64,000 nt of DNA from Myxococcota bacterium (GCA_044344255.1 JBIJDH010000002.1:416001-480000); one strand, 5' to 3'. Positions 27,174-37,141 are shown, counted from the stretch's first letter. Numbers and translations: made by a program. The notes: generated by a model not told the origin, from the sequence alone.

Positions 27174-27510
27174 TCAGTCGGTCAGGGCCTCACCCACAGA
27201 GTCGGCGGTCAGGGCCCGGTCGAGCCAGCGGAGGAGGGTGGCGGCCTCGTCGGTGGCCTCGATGCGGGCCAAGGCGGCTTCGTCCGGCTGCAGGCCGCGC
27301 GAGCGGAGGACCTTGATCAGCGCCTGAGCCATGCCCCGGGCTTCACCCTCCGCCTTGCCCTCTGCCTTGCCCTCTGCCTTGCCCTCGGCGATGCCGATGG
27401 CGATGTACTTCTTGGCGAAGTCGCTCTGGTAGACGTAGTTCTGCAACAAGGCGGCCTCCAAGGAAGCGCGCGCGGCGTCGCCGAGCGCGTTGAGGATGAG
27501 ATCAGTGTAG
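27174..27510 (-). pseudogene. Orphan C-terminal segment of an Rpn-like / PD-(D/E)XK-associated protein; possible small ORF 27446-27174
   Basis: YTDLILNALGDAARASLEAALLQNYVYQSDFAKKYIAIGIAEGKAEGKAEGKAEGEARG...VLRSRGL...LLRWLDRALTADSV. In-frame TGA just upstream and no nuclease domain. Confidence 0.72.
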
Positions 27511-27705
27511 GGGCGAGATGTCGGAGGGCCACATCACCCGGACCACGTCGCGGCGGAGCCAATCTCCGGCGAGGGCCGTGTAGCTCGGCGAGGGCCACGC
27601 TTCGGCACGACGCCGAGGTCAGCCCGCCGCTCGACGGGCTTGGGGTCCGTAAGCGCGGAGCGGGGGCGTCCGCCCCGGCGGCGAAGCGGCGCCCGCTCGG
27701 CCTGC

Positions 27706-28044
27706 TCAGGGGCAGGTGTCGGCGGTGAAGGTCTCCTGGAGGTAGGCGATCACGTCGGCGTTCTGCTGGGCGGTCAGGTCTTGGGCCGGCATGTCGCCAA
27801 TGCCGTCGAGGATCACGCTCGTGAGCTCAGCGACGTCGCTCGTGGGGACGTCCTCGCACATCGCGGGGGCGTAGCCGGTGGTGCCCTCGCCGGATGCGCC
27901 GTGGCAGCCAGAACAGGTGGAGCTGTAGACAGTGGCGCCGGCGGCGGCGTCACCGTCGCCCGCCGCGCCGGAGCCGGTGTCGCCGCCCTTTCCGCAAGCG
28001 ACCAGAGAGAATGCGAGGATGGAGGAGAGGATCAGCGTCTTCAT
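27706..28044 (-). CDS. Monoheme cytochrome c lipoprotein
   Basis: Lipobox LVAC, CSGCH heme motif, GDMP distal Met, GGAG SD. Confidence 0.92.
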   Translation of the reverse strand: MKTLILSSILAFSLVACGKGGDTGSGAAGDGDAAAGATVYSSTCSGCHGASGEGTTGYAPAMCEDVPTSDVAELTSVILDGIGDMPAQDLTAQQNADVIAYLQETFTADTCP

Positions 28045-28106
28045 GGGGTACTCCGTTGGCGTGAGCGTACGACGAATCGCCCGGCGGCGCGCACCCTACT
28101 CGATCC

Positions 28107-28922
28107 TCAGCGCTCCAGCCACCGAAGAGAGAAGACCTCCTCTTCCAAGGCCACGCTGAACACCATCTCTGTGAATCGAACGTCGGTAGACGCTCCCTTC
28201 TCGAGCGAGCTCTCGATGACCATGTGCGACGGGAAGCGGCGGGTGCCGTAGGTCTGGATGTCGGACATCGTCCAGGTCTTGAGCAGCATCCCGGAGAGCG
28301 CGTAGAGCTCCTGGCGGATGGGGATGAGGGTCTCCTGGTCCACCCAGGTCAGCCGCCGCGAGTAGGCGACGTTCTTCTCTTTGGCCTTCATCTCCAGCTT
28401 CCAGCAGGGCCGACCCTCCGAGACCTCGGCGCCGAGCACCGTCGCCGTGTACTGCAGGCGCATCGTCGCCGTCTCCATCATGTCCTCATACGAGAAGTCC
28501 GAGCCCATCAGGCCTTGACGCAGCATGTGACCGCTGATCTTCTGTGTCTTCTCGATGCTCGGCAGGTACATCCAGAGCTCGCCGCCCTTCTTCAGCATCT
28601 TGGTGCCCTTGTCGCGGGGCGGGTCGAGGAATTCGATGGCCGCCTCATCGGTTCCGCGGCCGTAACTTTGGATCGCGTAGCCCTTGGTTCGTCCGTTCTT
28701 GGTCACGGTCATCGTCATCTTCGAGCTGCGAGTATCGAAGACCATGTTCCGGTCGATGGCGGCCAGCAGCTCATCGGCGGTGGGGGTGGCCGGCGCGGCC
28801 TCGGCGGGAGGGGCGAGCGGCCCCGCGAGGAGCGTGGGCAGCGCCACCCCGAGCCCGAACCAGAGGGCCAGCGCGCCGAAGGAGGAGGGCTTCCAGGGGA
28901 GGGGCGGTCGGGTGTGGCGCAT
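28107..28922 (-). CDS. LolA-like outer-membrane lipoprotein-sorting protein
   Basis: Signal peptide; EFLDPPRDKGTKMLK, LWMYLPS, LMGSDFSYEDM, YSRRLTWVD, LLKT. Confidence 0.88.
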   Translation of the reverse strand: MRHTRPPLPWKPSSFGALALWFGLGVALPTLLAGPLAPPAEAAPATPTADELLAAIDRNMVFDTRSSKMTMTVTKNGRTKGYAIQSYGRGTDEAAIEFLDPPRDKGTKMLKKGGELWMYLPSIEKTQKISGHMLRQGLMGSDFSYEDMMETATMRLQYTATVLGAEVSEGRPCWKLEMKAKEKNVAYSRRLTWVDQETLIPIRQELYALSGMLLKTWTMSDIQTYGTRRFPSHMVIESSLEKGASTDVRFTEMVFSVALEEEVFSLRWLER

Positions 28923-28951
28923 GGGAGGCTCCGAATGGCGAAGGGGCCGGG

Positions 28952-30262
28952 TCAACGGCGGGCGCGCATGGCGGTGACGGGGGCGATGCGGGTGGCGCGG
29001 AGGGCGGGTGAGACAGCCCCGACGAGGGCCATGGCGAGGCCGAGCAGGAAGGCCAGGAGGGCGATCCGAGGCTCCCAGTCACCGTGGATGATCCGGTTCA
29101 CCGGGAGGGTGTTGGGCATCTTGGAGGCCAGCCCGCCGAGATCGATGCCGTGGGACTCCATGATGAGGGAGCCGATCGAGCCGAGCCCGACCCCTACGGC
29201 GCCCCCCAGCGCGCTGATGATCAGCGCCTCGGTGATGAACATGAGCACGAGAGAGCGCCCCCGCATGCCCATCGCCCTCAGCACCCCGATCTCGGCGGTG
29301 CGCTCGAGCACGCTCATCAGCATCGTGTTGAGCACGCCGAGGCCGGTGATGAGCACGATGATCCCCGAGATGATGCTCACCATCGCGCCGATGATGCGGC
29401 TCATCGAGGCGAAGGGCTCCCGGGCGTCCCAGGCCTGCGCGACGAGGTGGCGGTCGGCGGCGAGGCCGGCCGCCGCTTCGGCCTCGGCGAGGCGCGGAGC
29501 GACGGCGGCCTCGAGCGCCTGGGCGTCGGCGGGGTCTTCACCAAAGACGAGCAGCTCGAGGCAGCCCTCGGGGACATCGACCATCCAGCGGGCCTGGTCG
29601 AGGTTGAGGTAGATCTGCTTGTCGTAGACGCCGTTCCCGGTGTCGACGATACCCTGGACTCGGACGCGGATGGGCGCCATCGAGCCGTCCTGGGTCTGGC
29701 CGATGAAGATGGCCTCCTCCCCGGCGCGGACCCCCATCTGGTCGGCGAGGGTGTGGCCGACGAGGGCCTGCCCGCGGACGCCATCGGTGCCCCCGCCCCC
29801 TTCGGCCGCGCCGGGGGCGGCGGACGCAAACCAGGCGCCGGTGGCGATGTGCTCGGGGAGGTGCAGCACGTCGGCGTAGTAGGTGAGGGGAGCCCCGACG
29901 GCCATCCCGAAGACCTCGCCGATCTCCTCACCGTCCTTGCTCGCGGTCACCCCCATCATGATGCGAGGATAGACGGCGATCACCCCCGGCGCGGCGGCGA
30001 CCGCGCGCACGAGGGCCTCTGAGCGGGGGATGTTCTCGTAGAGGGGCATCAGCCGCTCGCGGGCCATCCAACCGTCGGTCACGACGCGCACGTGGCCGAC
30101 GACACGCGAGGCCTCGCCGAAGAAGCTGTTCTGGATCCCGTTCACCCAGCTCAGGCCCACGGTGAGCAGCGCCGTGCCCGAGAGGACCGTGGCGGCCGTG
30201 AGCGCGGTGCGGCGCGAATTGCGGAGGGTGTTTCGCCAGGCCATCGACAGAAGGAAGGGCAT
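28952..30262 (-). CDS. ABC transporter permease, FtsX/MacB/LolE family
   Basis: MAWRNTLRNSRRTALT, NTMLMSVLERTAEIGVLRAMG, PALRATRIAPVTAMR. Confidence 0.92.
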   Translation of the reverse strand: MPFLLSMAWRNTLRNSRRTALTAATVLSGTALLTVGLSWVNGIQNSFFGEASRVVGHVRVVTDGWMARERLMPLYENIPRSEALVRAVAAAPGVIAVYPRIMMGVTASKDGEEIGEVFGMAVGAPLTYYADVLHLPEHIATGAWFASAAPGAAEGGGGTDGVRGQALVGHTLADQMGVRAGEEAIFIGQTQDGSMAPIRVRVQGIVDTGNGVYDKQIYLNLDQARWMVDVPEGCLELLVFGEDPADAQALEAAVAPRLAEAEAAAGLAADRHLVAQAWDAREPFASMSRIIGAMVSIISGIIVLITGLGVLNTMLMSVLERTAEIGVLRAMGMRGRSLVLMFITEALIISALGGAVGVGLGSIGSLIMESHGIDLGGLASKMPNTLPVNRIIHGDWEPRIALLAFLLGLAMALVGAVSPALRATRIAPVTAMRARR

Positions 30263-30270
30263 GGGCGCTC

Positions 30271-31512
30271 CTAGTCCGCCCGCACGGCGTCGGCGGGGTT
30301 CAGGGAGGCGGCGCGGATGGCCGGGTAGACGCTGGCGATCAGGCTGATCCCGAGGCTGAAGGTGATGGCCCGGCCGATCGCCGACCAGCCGAAGGACAGG
30401 TAGAGCATCGTCGAGAAGGCAAAATCTCCCTGGCCCTTCGCCGCGGCGCTGAGATCAATGCCGTGAACAGAGTAATAGTAGACGATCCCGCCACCGATCA
30501 GGGCCCCGGCCAGCCCGGCGCCGAGGCCGAGGAAGACCCCCTCCAGCAGGAAGAGGCCGCGCAGCGCCCCGCTCGACATGCCCAGCGCCCGCAGCGTGCC
30601 GATCTCCCGCACCCGCTCGTAGGTGGACATGATGATCGTGTTGGCGATGCCGAGGCCGGCGATGAGCAGGAGGATGGAGACGATGAAGCCGATGGCGCGG
30701 CGCCGGATGAGGTTGATGGCGATGAGATCGCGGGCCTCATAGGCGGCGGTGGTGGCGACCCAGCCCGCCTGGCTGAGGCGGGCCGCCTCGCGCTCGGCGT
30801 CGCCTCGGCCGCGCAGGCGGAGCGAGAGGGCGCTGCGGGCCCCCTCGGTGAGGAGCAGGGCGTCAGCGGCGGCCATCGGCAGCAGGACGAGGCCGTCGAT
30901 GGCCGGGTTGCTGCTGCGCACCACCCCGCTCACCGTGTAGGACAGCGCGTTGATCGCCCCCGGTTTCGTGCGGGCCTCGATGACCACGGTGGAGCCCGGC
31001 TTCGCCCCGGTGAGAGAGGCGACCTCGGCCCCGAGCACGAGCTCATCAGCCCCCGGCTTCGGCCAGGCCCCCTCGATCGGCCAGTCGGCCACGGGGAAGA
31101 CGGCGGGATCGGCCACGGGGTCGTAGCCGAGGAGGCGCACGCGCACCGCGTCGGCGCCGAAGATGAGCCGCGCCGAGGCGAAGACCCGAGGCGCCACCGC
31201 GACGACCGCGCCGGCCTCCGGGCCCGACAGGGCGGCCTCGAGGGCCGGGGAGGGGACGACCGCCTCATCGAGGGGCCAGGTGAGGCCGTCGGTGGGGTAG
31301 CCCTCGGGGCGGAGGATGACGTGGCCGGCGACGGCGTCCTCCTGGGCGCGGATCACGTTCTCGTCGAGGCCGCCCACGAAGCCGTCGCCGAGGATGAGCA
31401 CCGCCGTGCCCGCCACCACGGCCGCGCCCGTGATGATGGTGCGCTTCGTGTTCCGGAGCAGGTTCCGGAGCGAGAGGCTGAGCACGAGCTGGAAGGCCGA
31501 GAGCGGGCTCAT
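30271..31512 (-). CDS. ABC transporter permease, FtsX/MacB/LolC family
   Basis: LRNLLRNTKRT, NTIIMSTYERVREIGTLRALG, YPAIRAASLNPADAVR. Confidence 0.92.
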   Translation of the reverse strand: MSPLSAFQLVLSLSLRNLLRNTKRTIITGAAVVAGTAVLILGDGFVGGLDENVIRAQEDAVAGHVILRPEGYPTDGLTWPLDEAVVPSPALEAALSGPEAGAVVAVAPRVFASARLIFGADAVRVRLLGYDPVADPAVFPVADWPIEGAWPKPGADELVLGAEVASLTGAKPGSTVVIEARTKPGAINALSYTVSGVVRSSNPAIDGLVLLPMAAADALLLTEGARSALSLRLRGRGDAEREAARLSQAGWVATTAAYEARDLIAINLIRRRAIGFIVSILLLIAGLGIANTIIMSTYERVREIGTLRALGMSSGALRGLFLLEGVFLGLGAGLAGALIGGGIVYYYSVHGIDLSAAAKGQGDFAFSTMLYLSFGWSAIGRAITFSLGISLIASVYPAIRAASLNPADAVRAD

Positions 31513-32261
31513 CCCCGCGCTCCCCCGGGCGCGACGGCGCGGGCCTCGACGCCCTCGATGAGCCCGTCGTGGAGGTGCACCACCCGTCGCGCTCGCTCGG
31601 TGACCATCGAGTCGTGGGTGGAGAACAGAAAGGTGGCGCCGTGCCGCTGGTTCATGTCCCCCATGATGTCGAGGATCTGGTGCCCGTTCGCAGAGTCGAG
31701 GTTGGCGGTGGGCTCGTCGGCGATCACGAGCGCAGGCTGCTTGACGAGGGCGCGGGCGATGGCCACCCGTTGCTGCTGTCCGCCGGAGAGCTGCGTGGGG
31801 CGGCGGCCCAGGAAGTCGCCGAGGCCCACGTCGCGCAGCGCCTTCTCCACCCGATCCTTCCGCTCGCTGGCGGGGAGGTCTACCGCGAGGCGGAGGGCGA
31901 GCTCGACGTTCTCGAAGGCCGTGAGGACCGGGATCAGGTTGAAGCTCTGAAAGATGAAGCCGATGCGCTGGGCCCGCGTCTGGCCGAGCTCGGCGGAGCC
32001 CATACGGGCGACGTCCTTGCCCTCGAGGAAGACCGAGCCCTCGTTGGGGGTGTCGAGCAGCCCGACGAGGTTGAGCAGCGTCGTCTTCCCCGAGCCGGAG
32101 GGGCCTGCGAAGACAGTGAACTCGCCTCGTTCGATGGTCAGATCGATGCCCTTCAAGGCGGGCACCTCGAGCTCGCCCATCGGGTAGGACTTCTTGACGC
32201 CGACGAGGCGGCAGAGGGCGACCTCGGGGGCGGGATCGGGCGGGGGTCGGAGGGCGCTCAT
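31509..32261 (-). CDS. ABC transporter ATP-binding protein, LolD-like
   Basis: GPSGSGKTT, IGFIFQSFNLIP, LSGGQQQRVAIARAL, ADEPTANLD, STHD. Confidence 0.94.
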   Translation of the reverse strand: MSALRPPPDPAPEVALCRLVGVKKSYPMGELEVPALKGIDLTIERGEFTVFAGPSGSGKTTLLNLVGLLDTPNEGSVFLEGKDVARMGSAELGQTRAQRIGFIFQSFNLIPVLTAFENVELALRLAVDLPASERKDRVEKALRDVGLGDFLGRRPTQLSGGQQQRVAIARALVKQPALVIADEPTANLDSANGHQILDIMGDMNQRHGATFLFSTHDSMVTERARRVVHLHDGLIEGVEARAVAPGGARG

Positions 32262-32284
32262 GGGGGTCCGCCGAAGAGGGATGG

Positions 32285-33661
32285 TCAGATACTAAGCCGC
32301 AGCCAGGCGAGGGCCGTGAAGCGGGGCACGAGGCCGGAGAGATCGAAGGGGCCGGCGCGGAGGTCGGTCGCCGAGGGGCGAAACTCCCCGTCGTCGCCCA
32401 AGGGGACCTGCGCCCCCAGGTTCGCCGCCACCCGCCCGGTGGCGAGCCAGGTGACGTAGGTGAGGTTCGTCCCGGTGCCGTCGGCGAGGTTGACGAGGGT
32501 GGTGTCGGCGACGGACCACTCTTCGGTGAGGGCCCAGCGGACGAGGCCGGTGCCGTACCACCGGCCGAGGGTGCTGCGGGCCCCGTCGGCTGAGGCCGCC
32601 TCCCCGCTGTCCCCCCCGCCGAGCGTGGAGGTGAAAGCGTCGCAGCCCTCGAGGACGAGGCCGCTGTCGGGGAGCCCGCCGCGGTCGTAGTGGTCCGGAG
32701 CTTCGCCGGAGCCGTCGTAGTAGGCCTGTCCGGAGACGACGAGCTGCTGGAGGACGGGGAAGGAGTAGTCGGCGCCCGCCACGACGCGCAGATCGCCGTC
32801 GTAGCCGCCCTCGATCCACCAACCGACGCCGAGGTCGCCCTTGAGGTCGAGGCCGATCAGGTGGGCGTCGCGGGCCCACCGCTCCTCCGAGGTGAAGGTG
32901 ACGAGCGACAGATCGACGCTCGCGACATGAACGGTGCCCCGCAGGCCCGCGCGCCAGGGGGTGGGCTGAGACGCCTCGCGGAGGCTGCCCGGCAGATCGG
33001 CCACCCCGCCCACCGCGAGGAGCTGCGCGGAGGCGCCGACGGGCACGGTGGCCCGAACGGCGTCGACCCCCGCCCGCTCCCGCCACGGCTCGTTCAGGTT
33101 GACCTCGGCGAAGACATCGGTGGGGTTGAAGATCTGCGCCGAGCCCCAGGCTACGGCTTGCCGACCGAAACGGAGGTCGGCCCTGCGCAGGTCGACGTCG
33201 AGGAAGAGCCGCGGTAGGTCGAGCACGTCACCGACCGAATCGACTCGCGGCTCCGCCGAGATGTCGCAGCCGGTGAGGGCCGAGAGGTCGTCGAGGTCAT
33301 CCACGCCCATCGCCTCGAGCTGCGGATCGCCGCCGATCTGCTCGTCCATCAGGCGCACGACCTCGTCGGGGGTGTAGCGGCCGAGGCTGTAGGCGGCCTC
33401 CGCCGTGACCGTGAGCTCGATCCGATCGGAGAAGGGCTGCTCGATCGTGGGCCGGAGCCGGGCGGTCAACGCCCAAGGTTGGCCGTCGGCCTGCGTGTAG
33501 CTCCCGCGCAGCTCGGCGTATCCAGAGCCGCTCGGCGCGCGCCAGCGGCGCGGCTTGGTGTCGGGAGCAGCGGCCGTCGGGGCCGGGATGGGCGCGGGCG
33601 GCGTGTCATCGGCCCACGCGGGCGCGCCGAGCAACAGGAGGGACAACGCGCGGATCGACAT
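32285..33661 (-). CDS. Putative outer-membrane beta-barrel protein
   Basis: Signal peptide (AWA), alternating amphipathic strands, LRFGRQAVAWG...FNPTDVF, GVDAVR, C-terminal AWLRLSI. Confidence 0.72.
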   Translation of the reverse strand: MSIRALSLLLLGAPAWADDTPPAPIPAPTAAAPDTKPRRWRAPSGSGYAELRGSYTQADGQPWALTARLRPTIEQPFSDRIELTVTAEAAYSLGRYTPDEVVRLMDEQIGGDPQLEAMGVDDLDDLSALTGCDISAEPRVDSVGDVLDLPRLFLDVDLRRADLRFGRQAVAWGSAQIFNPTDVFAEVNLNEPWRERAGVDAVRATVPVGASAQLLAVGGVADLPGSLREASQPTPWRAGLRGTVHVASVDLSLVTFTSEERWARDAHLIGLDLKGDLGVGWWIEGGYDGDLRVVAGADYSFPVLQQLVVSGQAYYDGSGEAPDHYDRGGLPDSGLVLEGCDAFTSTLGGGDSGEAASADGARSTLGRWYGTGLVRWALTEEWSVADTTLVNLADGTGTNLTYVTWLATGRVAANLGAQVPLGDDGEFRPSATDLRAGPFDLSGLVPRFTALAWLRLSI

Positions 33662-33746
33662 GGGGCTCCTCCTCCGTTGGACGGAGGGTCTATCCGCGGC
33701 CTCGCTCAGGGGCGCCCTGCGTCTGGCGCCTGGATAGCCGGGATGG

Positions 33747-36212
33747 ATGCCGCATCGCCCTACCCGCCTCCGGCCGCTCATCATCGGGCTCGGCCTCCTG
33801 CTCGGCTCCCCGTCGGGGAGCGCGTCGCCGCCGCTGCTCCAGCCCAGCCGTCGGGGGGAGGTGGCCCCCGATCGGGCCTTTGACATCCTGGCCCTCGATC
33901 TCGACCTGCGCCTCGATCCGTCCGCCCGCGCTGTCTCTGGCGCCGCCACCTGGACGATCCATCGGCTGGCCCCCGGCCCGCTGGTGCTCGATCAGGTGGG
34001 CCTGCGCGTCGATTCGGTGGAGGACGGCGAGCGCCGGCCGGCCTGGTGGATCAGCGGCGACACGCTGGTGATCGACGGCCTCGGCGCCGAGGCCAAGGTG
34101 ACGGTGCGCTACTCCGCCACCCCCCAGCTCGGCCTCCACTTTCGGGAGGCGCGGCGGGGCGGCCCCGATCGATACGATGAGATCTGGTCTCAGGGAGAGG
34201 CCGACGACAACCGCCATTGGTTCCCCGCCTGGGACCATCCGAACGATCGGTTTGTCTACACGGGGCGGATCGCGGCCCCGGAGGGCTGGAAGGTCCTCAC
34301 GAACTCGGGCCACGACATGGTGAGCTACCTCGTGATGGTCGCCGCATCGCCGGACTACCGGGTGGTGAGCCGGCCTGCGCTGCCCGAGGCCTCCGTCTGG
34401 GTGCCGAGCGACACACCGGAGTCGGCGATCTCGCTCGTGCTCGACCCCATCCCCGAGATGATGGCCCACTTCGCCGCGCGCACCGGGGTAGCCTATCCCT
34501 GGGGCCCGTACCGCCAGGTCTTCGTACAGCGCTTCATGTACGGAGGCATGGAGAACACCTCGGCCACGGTGATGGAGGGCGGCCTCCTCCTCCCCGAGCG
34601 CCTCGCCTCCACCGGCGACCTGCGCGTCGACAGCATCGTCGCCCATGAGCTCGCGCACCAGTGGTACGGCGACCTCCTCACCTGTGACACGTGGCAGGAG
34701 CTCTGGCTGAACGAGGGCTTCGCCACCTTCATGGCCAGCGACTGGGCGCGGAGCAAGCAGGGGCCGGAGCGATACGCGCGCAACATCCGCCGTAGCTTCT
34801 TGGACAGTCTGAGCGGGCCCGCCCTGGCCGGGCGCTTTCACCAGGGCCCCGGCGCGCCCCCGAATCACAACGTCTACCAGAAGGGGCAGAGCGTCCTTCA
34901 CATGCTGCGGGTGCTGCTCGGAGAGGAGACCTTCTGGGCCGGCATCGTTCGGTACACCCGCGCGCACGCACAGGGCCTCGTCACCACCGAAGACCTTCAG
35001 CGCTCGATGGAGGCCGCGAGCGGTCGCCACCTCGACTGGTTCTTCGAGCAGTGGGTGGAGCTCCCGTACATCCCGAAGCTGACGGTGTCCGATCGCTACG
35101 AGGACGGTCGGTACAAGGTGACGATCCGACAGGAGACAGGGCCGGAACGACCTCTGTATACGATACCGCTCGACGTCGAGGTGGGCGGGCCTTCGGGGCC
35201 GGTCCACCTCCGAGGCTGGCTGGAGGGGGCGGAGGCCACCCTCGAGCTGCCGCTGGCGGCCCCGCCCACCTACGCGGTCTTCGATCCGGAGGGCGGCGTG
35301 CTGGCCGAGGTGAAGCAGAGCCAGGACGCGCCGAAGTGGGCCGCGGCCTTGGCCTCGACCTCCCCCTACGCGCGCTTGGTCGCCATCGAGGCCCTCGGCC
35401 AGACGGGCGAGCACGCGGCCCTCTCGGCGCTGCTCGCCGACGCTTCGGCTCCGCTCGTGCTGCGGGAGGCCGCCGCCGCCGCCCTCGGCGAGCAGCGGTG
35501 GGCCGAGCCCCTCCTCGCCGCCCTCGCCGATCCGAGCGCCCCCGTCCGCCGCGCCGCCGCCGCCGGCCTCGGGCGCTGCACGGGGGAGCCCGTGGTGGGG
35601 GCCCTCCGCGCGCTCTTGCTCGGCCGGGAGCCGAGCCCCGCGGTCCAGGCGGCGGCCCTGCGGGCCCTCGCGACCGTGGCCCCGAAGGCAGCCCTCCCGG
35701 TCGCGCGGCCCTTGACCCGCCGATCGGAGCCCGCGGAGGCGGAGCTGCGCGACGCCGCCGCCGACATCGTGGGTCGCGAGGGAGACGCCCAGGATCTGCC
35801 CCTGCTGCTCGACGAGCGGGCCCCCTATCGCTCCCGGGTGGCGGGGATGTACGCCGCCGCCGCCCTGGCCGCCCGGGAGCTCGATCCGACCAAGAAGGCC
35901 CGTCTCATGGCCTCCACCGCCCGCTTCGCCGAGGTGCTGCTCGACGACCTCGACATCCGGGCCCGTCAGGCGGCGATCGACGTGCTCGGGCGAGTGGGCG
36001 ATGAGGGCTCGGTCGCCCGCCTCGAGGCCCACCGGCGGGAGGATCAGGTCATCGAGACGCGCCGCGCTGCGGAGGCGGCGATCGCGGCCATCCGCGGCCG
36101 GTCCACGCCCGCGGCGCCGGCGCCGAACGAGGTCGAGGCCCGCCTCAAGGCCCTCGAGGACAAGGCGACCGCGACCCAGCGGACCTTGGACCAGTGGGCC
36201 GAGCGGCACTGA
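33747..36212 (+). CDS. M1 family aminopeptidase with HEAT repeats and C-terminal coiled coil
   Basis: WSQGE, WFPAWDHPNDR, GGMEN, HELAHQWYG...WLNEGFAT, YQKG. HEAT repeats (VRRAAAAGLG). Confidence 0.92.
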   Translation: MPHRPTRLRPLIIGLGLLLGSPSGSASPPLLQPSRRGEVAPDRAFDILALDLDLRLDPSARAVSGAATWTIHRLAPGPLVLDQVGLRVDSVEDGERRPAWWISGDTLVIDGLGAEAKVTVRYSATPQLGLHFREARRGGPDRYDEIWSQGEADDNRHWFPAWDHPNDRFVYTGRIAAPEGWKVLTNSGHDMVSYLVMVAASPDYRVVSRPALPEASVWVPSDTPESAISLVLDPIPEMMAHFAARTGVAYPWGPYRQVFVQRFMYGGMENTSATVMEGGLLLPERLASTGDLRVDSIVAHELAHQWYGDLLTCDTWQELWLNEGFATFMASDWARSKQGPERYARNIRRSFLDSLSGPALAGRFHQGPGAPPNHNVYQKGQSVLHMLRVLLGEETFWAGIVRYTRAHAQGLVTTEDLQRSMEAASGRHLDWFFEQWVELPYIPKLTVSDRYEDGRYKVTIRQETGPERPLYTIPLDVEVGGPSGPVHLRGWLEGAEATLELPLAAPPTYAVFDPEGGVLAEVKQSQDAPKWAAALASTSPYARLVAIEALGQTGEHAALSALLADASAPLVLREAAAAALGEQRWAEPLLAALADPSAPVRRAAAAGLGRCTGEPVVGALRALLLGREPSPAVQAAALRALATVAPKAALPVARPLTRRSEPAEAELRDAAADIVGREGDAQDLPLLLDERAPYRSRVAGMYAAAALAARELDPTKKARLMASTARFAEVLLDDLDIRARQAAIDVLGRVGDEGSVARLEAHRREDQVIETRRAAEAAIAAIRGRSTPAAPAPNEVEARLKALEDKATATQRTLDQWAERH

Positions 36213-36475
36213 GTGGGTTCGACGGTCAGGGGCGCGGAGGCGCGGTACCGTGGCCGGCGGGCTGGCCGTCGAAGGCCCGTTCACCGGGGCCGCCCCCCCC
36301 CCACCGGGAGGGCGCCGAGCTCCGACGCAGGAGGCCCAGAGCGACGGGAGCTCCTGGTCCTGTTCCCGATGCGCTGCACCCGGCGCGCCACCCTCGTCGG
36401 GCCCCACTCACGTCGGAGTACCCCGCCGCGCCGAAACCGGACACCGCCCTCCTTCGCGGGTCCTATCCGATCGAG

Positions 36476-37141
36476 TCAGAGCGGCGTTGCAGGAGTCGTC
36501 TCCGGGACAACCGGGGACTGGATGGGGGCTTCCCCTAACTTCGCCTTCTGGATGATTTCCCCGGGCGCCAGTCCCTGGCTGAGAAGCTCGGCCACCCATG
36601 GCTTGATGATCTTCATTTGTACGATGTCGTTGGCCGACAGACCGAGGACCCTCATCACCCCGGCCGCGGTCATTAGCTCCACATCGGTTGCCGTCGGGGC
36701 CGCCTTTGGCAGAGGTCCCACGGGGACTTGCTCCGGCCTGTTGCTGGGAGGCGGTCGGAGAACACTGGTACAGCCGCGATTCTGAGCCGTTTTGCGTGCG
36801 GAAGTGGAGGCAACACCCGAGTCAATACCCCGGCTCACCGCGGATGTCGCCCAACCAGCGACGGCAAGAGTGGCCCCTGTCTGTGCCCTCTGAACGCCAT
36901 CACCTCCAAAATCTCCGCTCGCTGAGGCTTGTGATGCATACCCGCCCACAATTAGGCCCAACCCGGCGGTTTCCACCACCGCGAATATCGCACCCACTCC
37001 GGGGCGCTGCGAATAGAAATGTCCTGCTCCAAAGCCGATAAAACCTGATAACGCCGCCGCAGTGCCTGGCGAGGGGAGTTGTTCGTCAGGGATGCAATCT
37101 AGTGCGGTGGCGGTTTGAAGTAGAAGGAACAGGGCGAGCAT
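36476..37141 (-). CDS. Low-GC membrane protein with TM2/P13/DUF5683-like motif
   Basis: SPGTAAALSGFIGFGAGHFY followed by two further hydrophobic helices. Many A/T-ending codons (TTA, TCA, CTA, TTT) unlike the flanking genes. Confidence 0.62.
   Translation of the reverse strand: MLALFLLLQTATALDCIPDEQLPSPGTAAALSGFIGFGAGHFYSQRPGVGAIFAVVETAGLGLIVGGYASQASASGDFGGDGVQRAQTGATLAVAGWATSAVSRGIDSGVASTSARKTAQNRGCTSVLRPPPSNRPEQVPVGPLPKAAPTATDVELMTAAGVMRVLGLSANDIVQMKIIKPWVAELLSQGLAPGEIIQKAKLGEAPIQSPVVPETTPATPL

Noticed and set aside
36210..36410. TGAGTGGG...CCCACTCA ends suggesting a 200-bp MITE
   Set aside because: Only 8 bp are perfect, the left end overlaps a stop codon, and there is no target duplication or second copy in the window.
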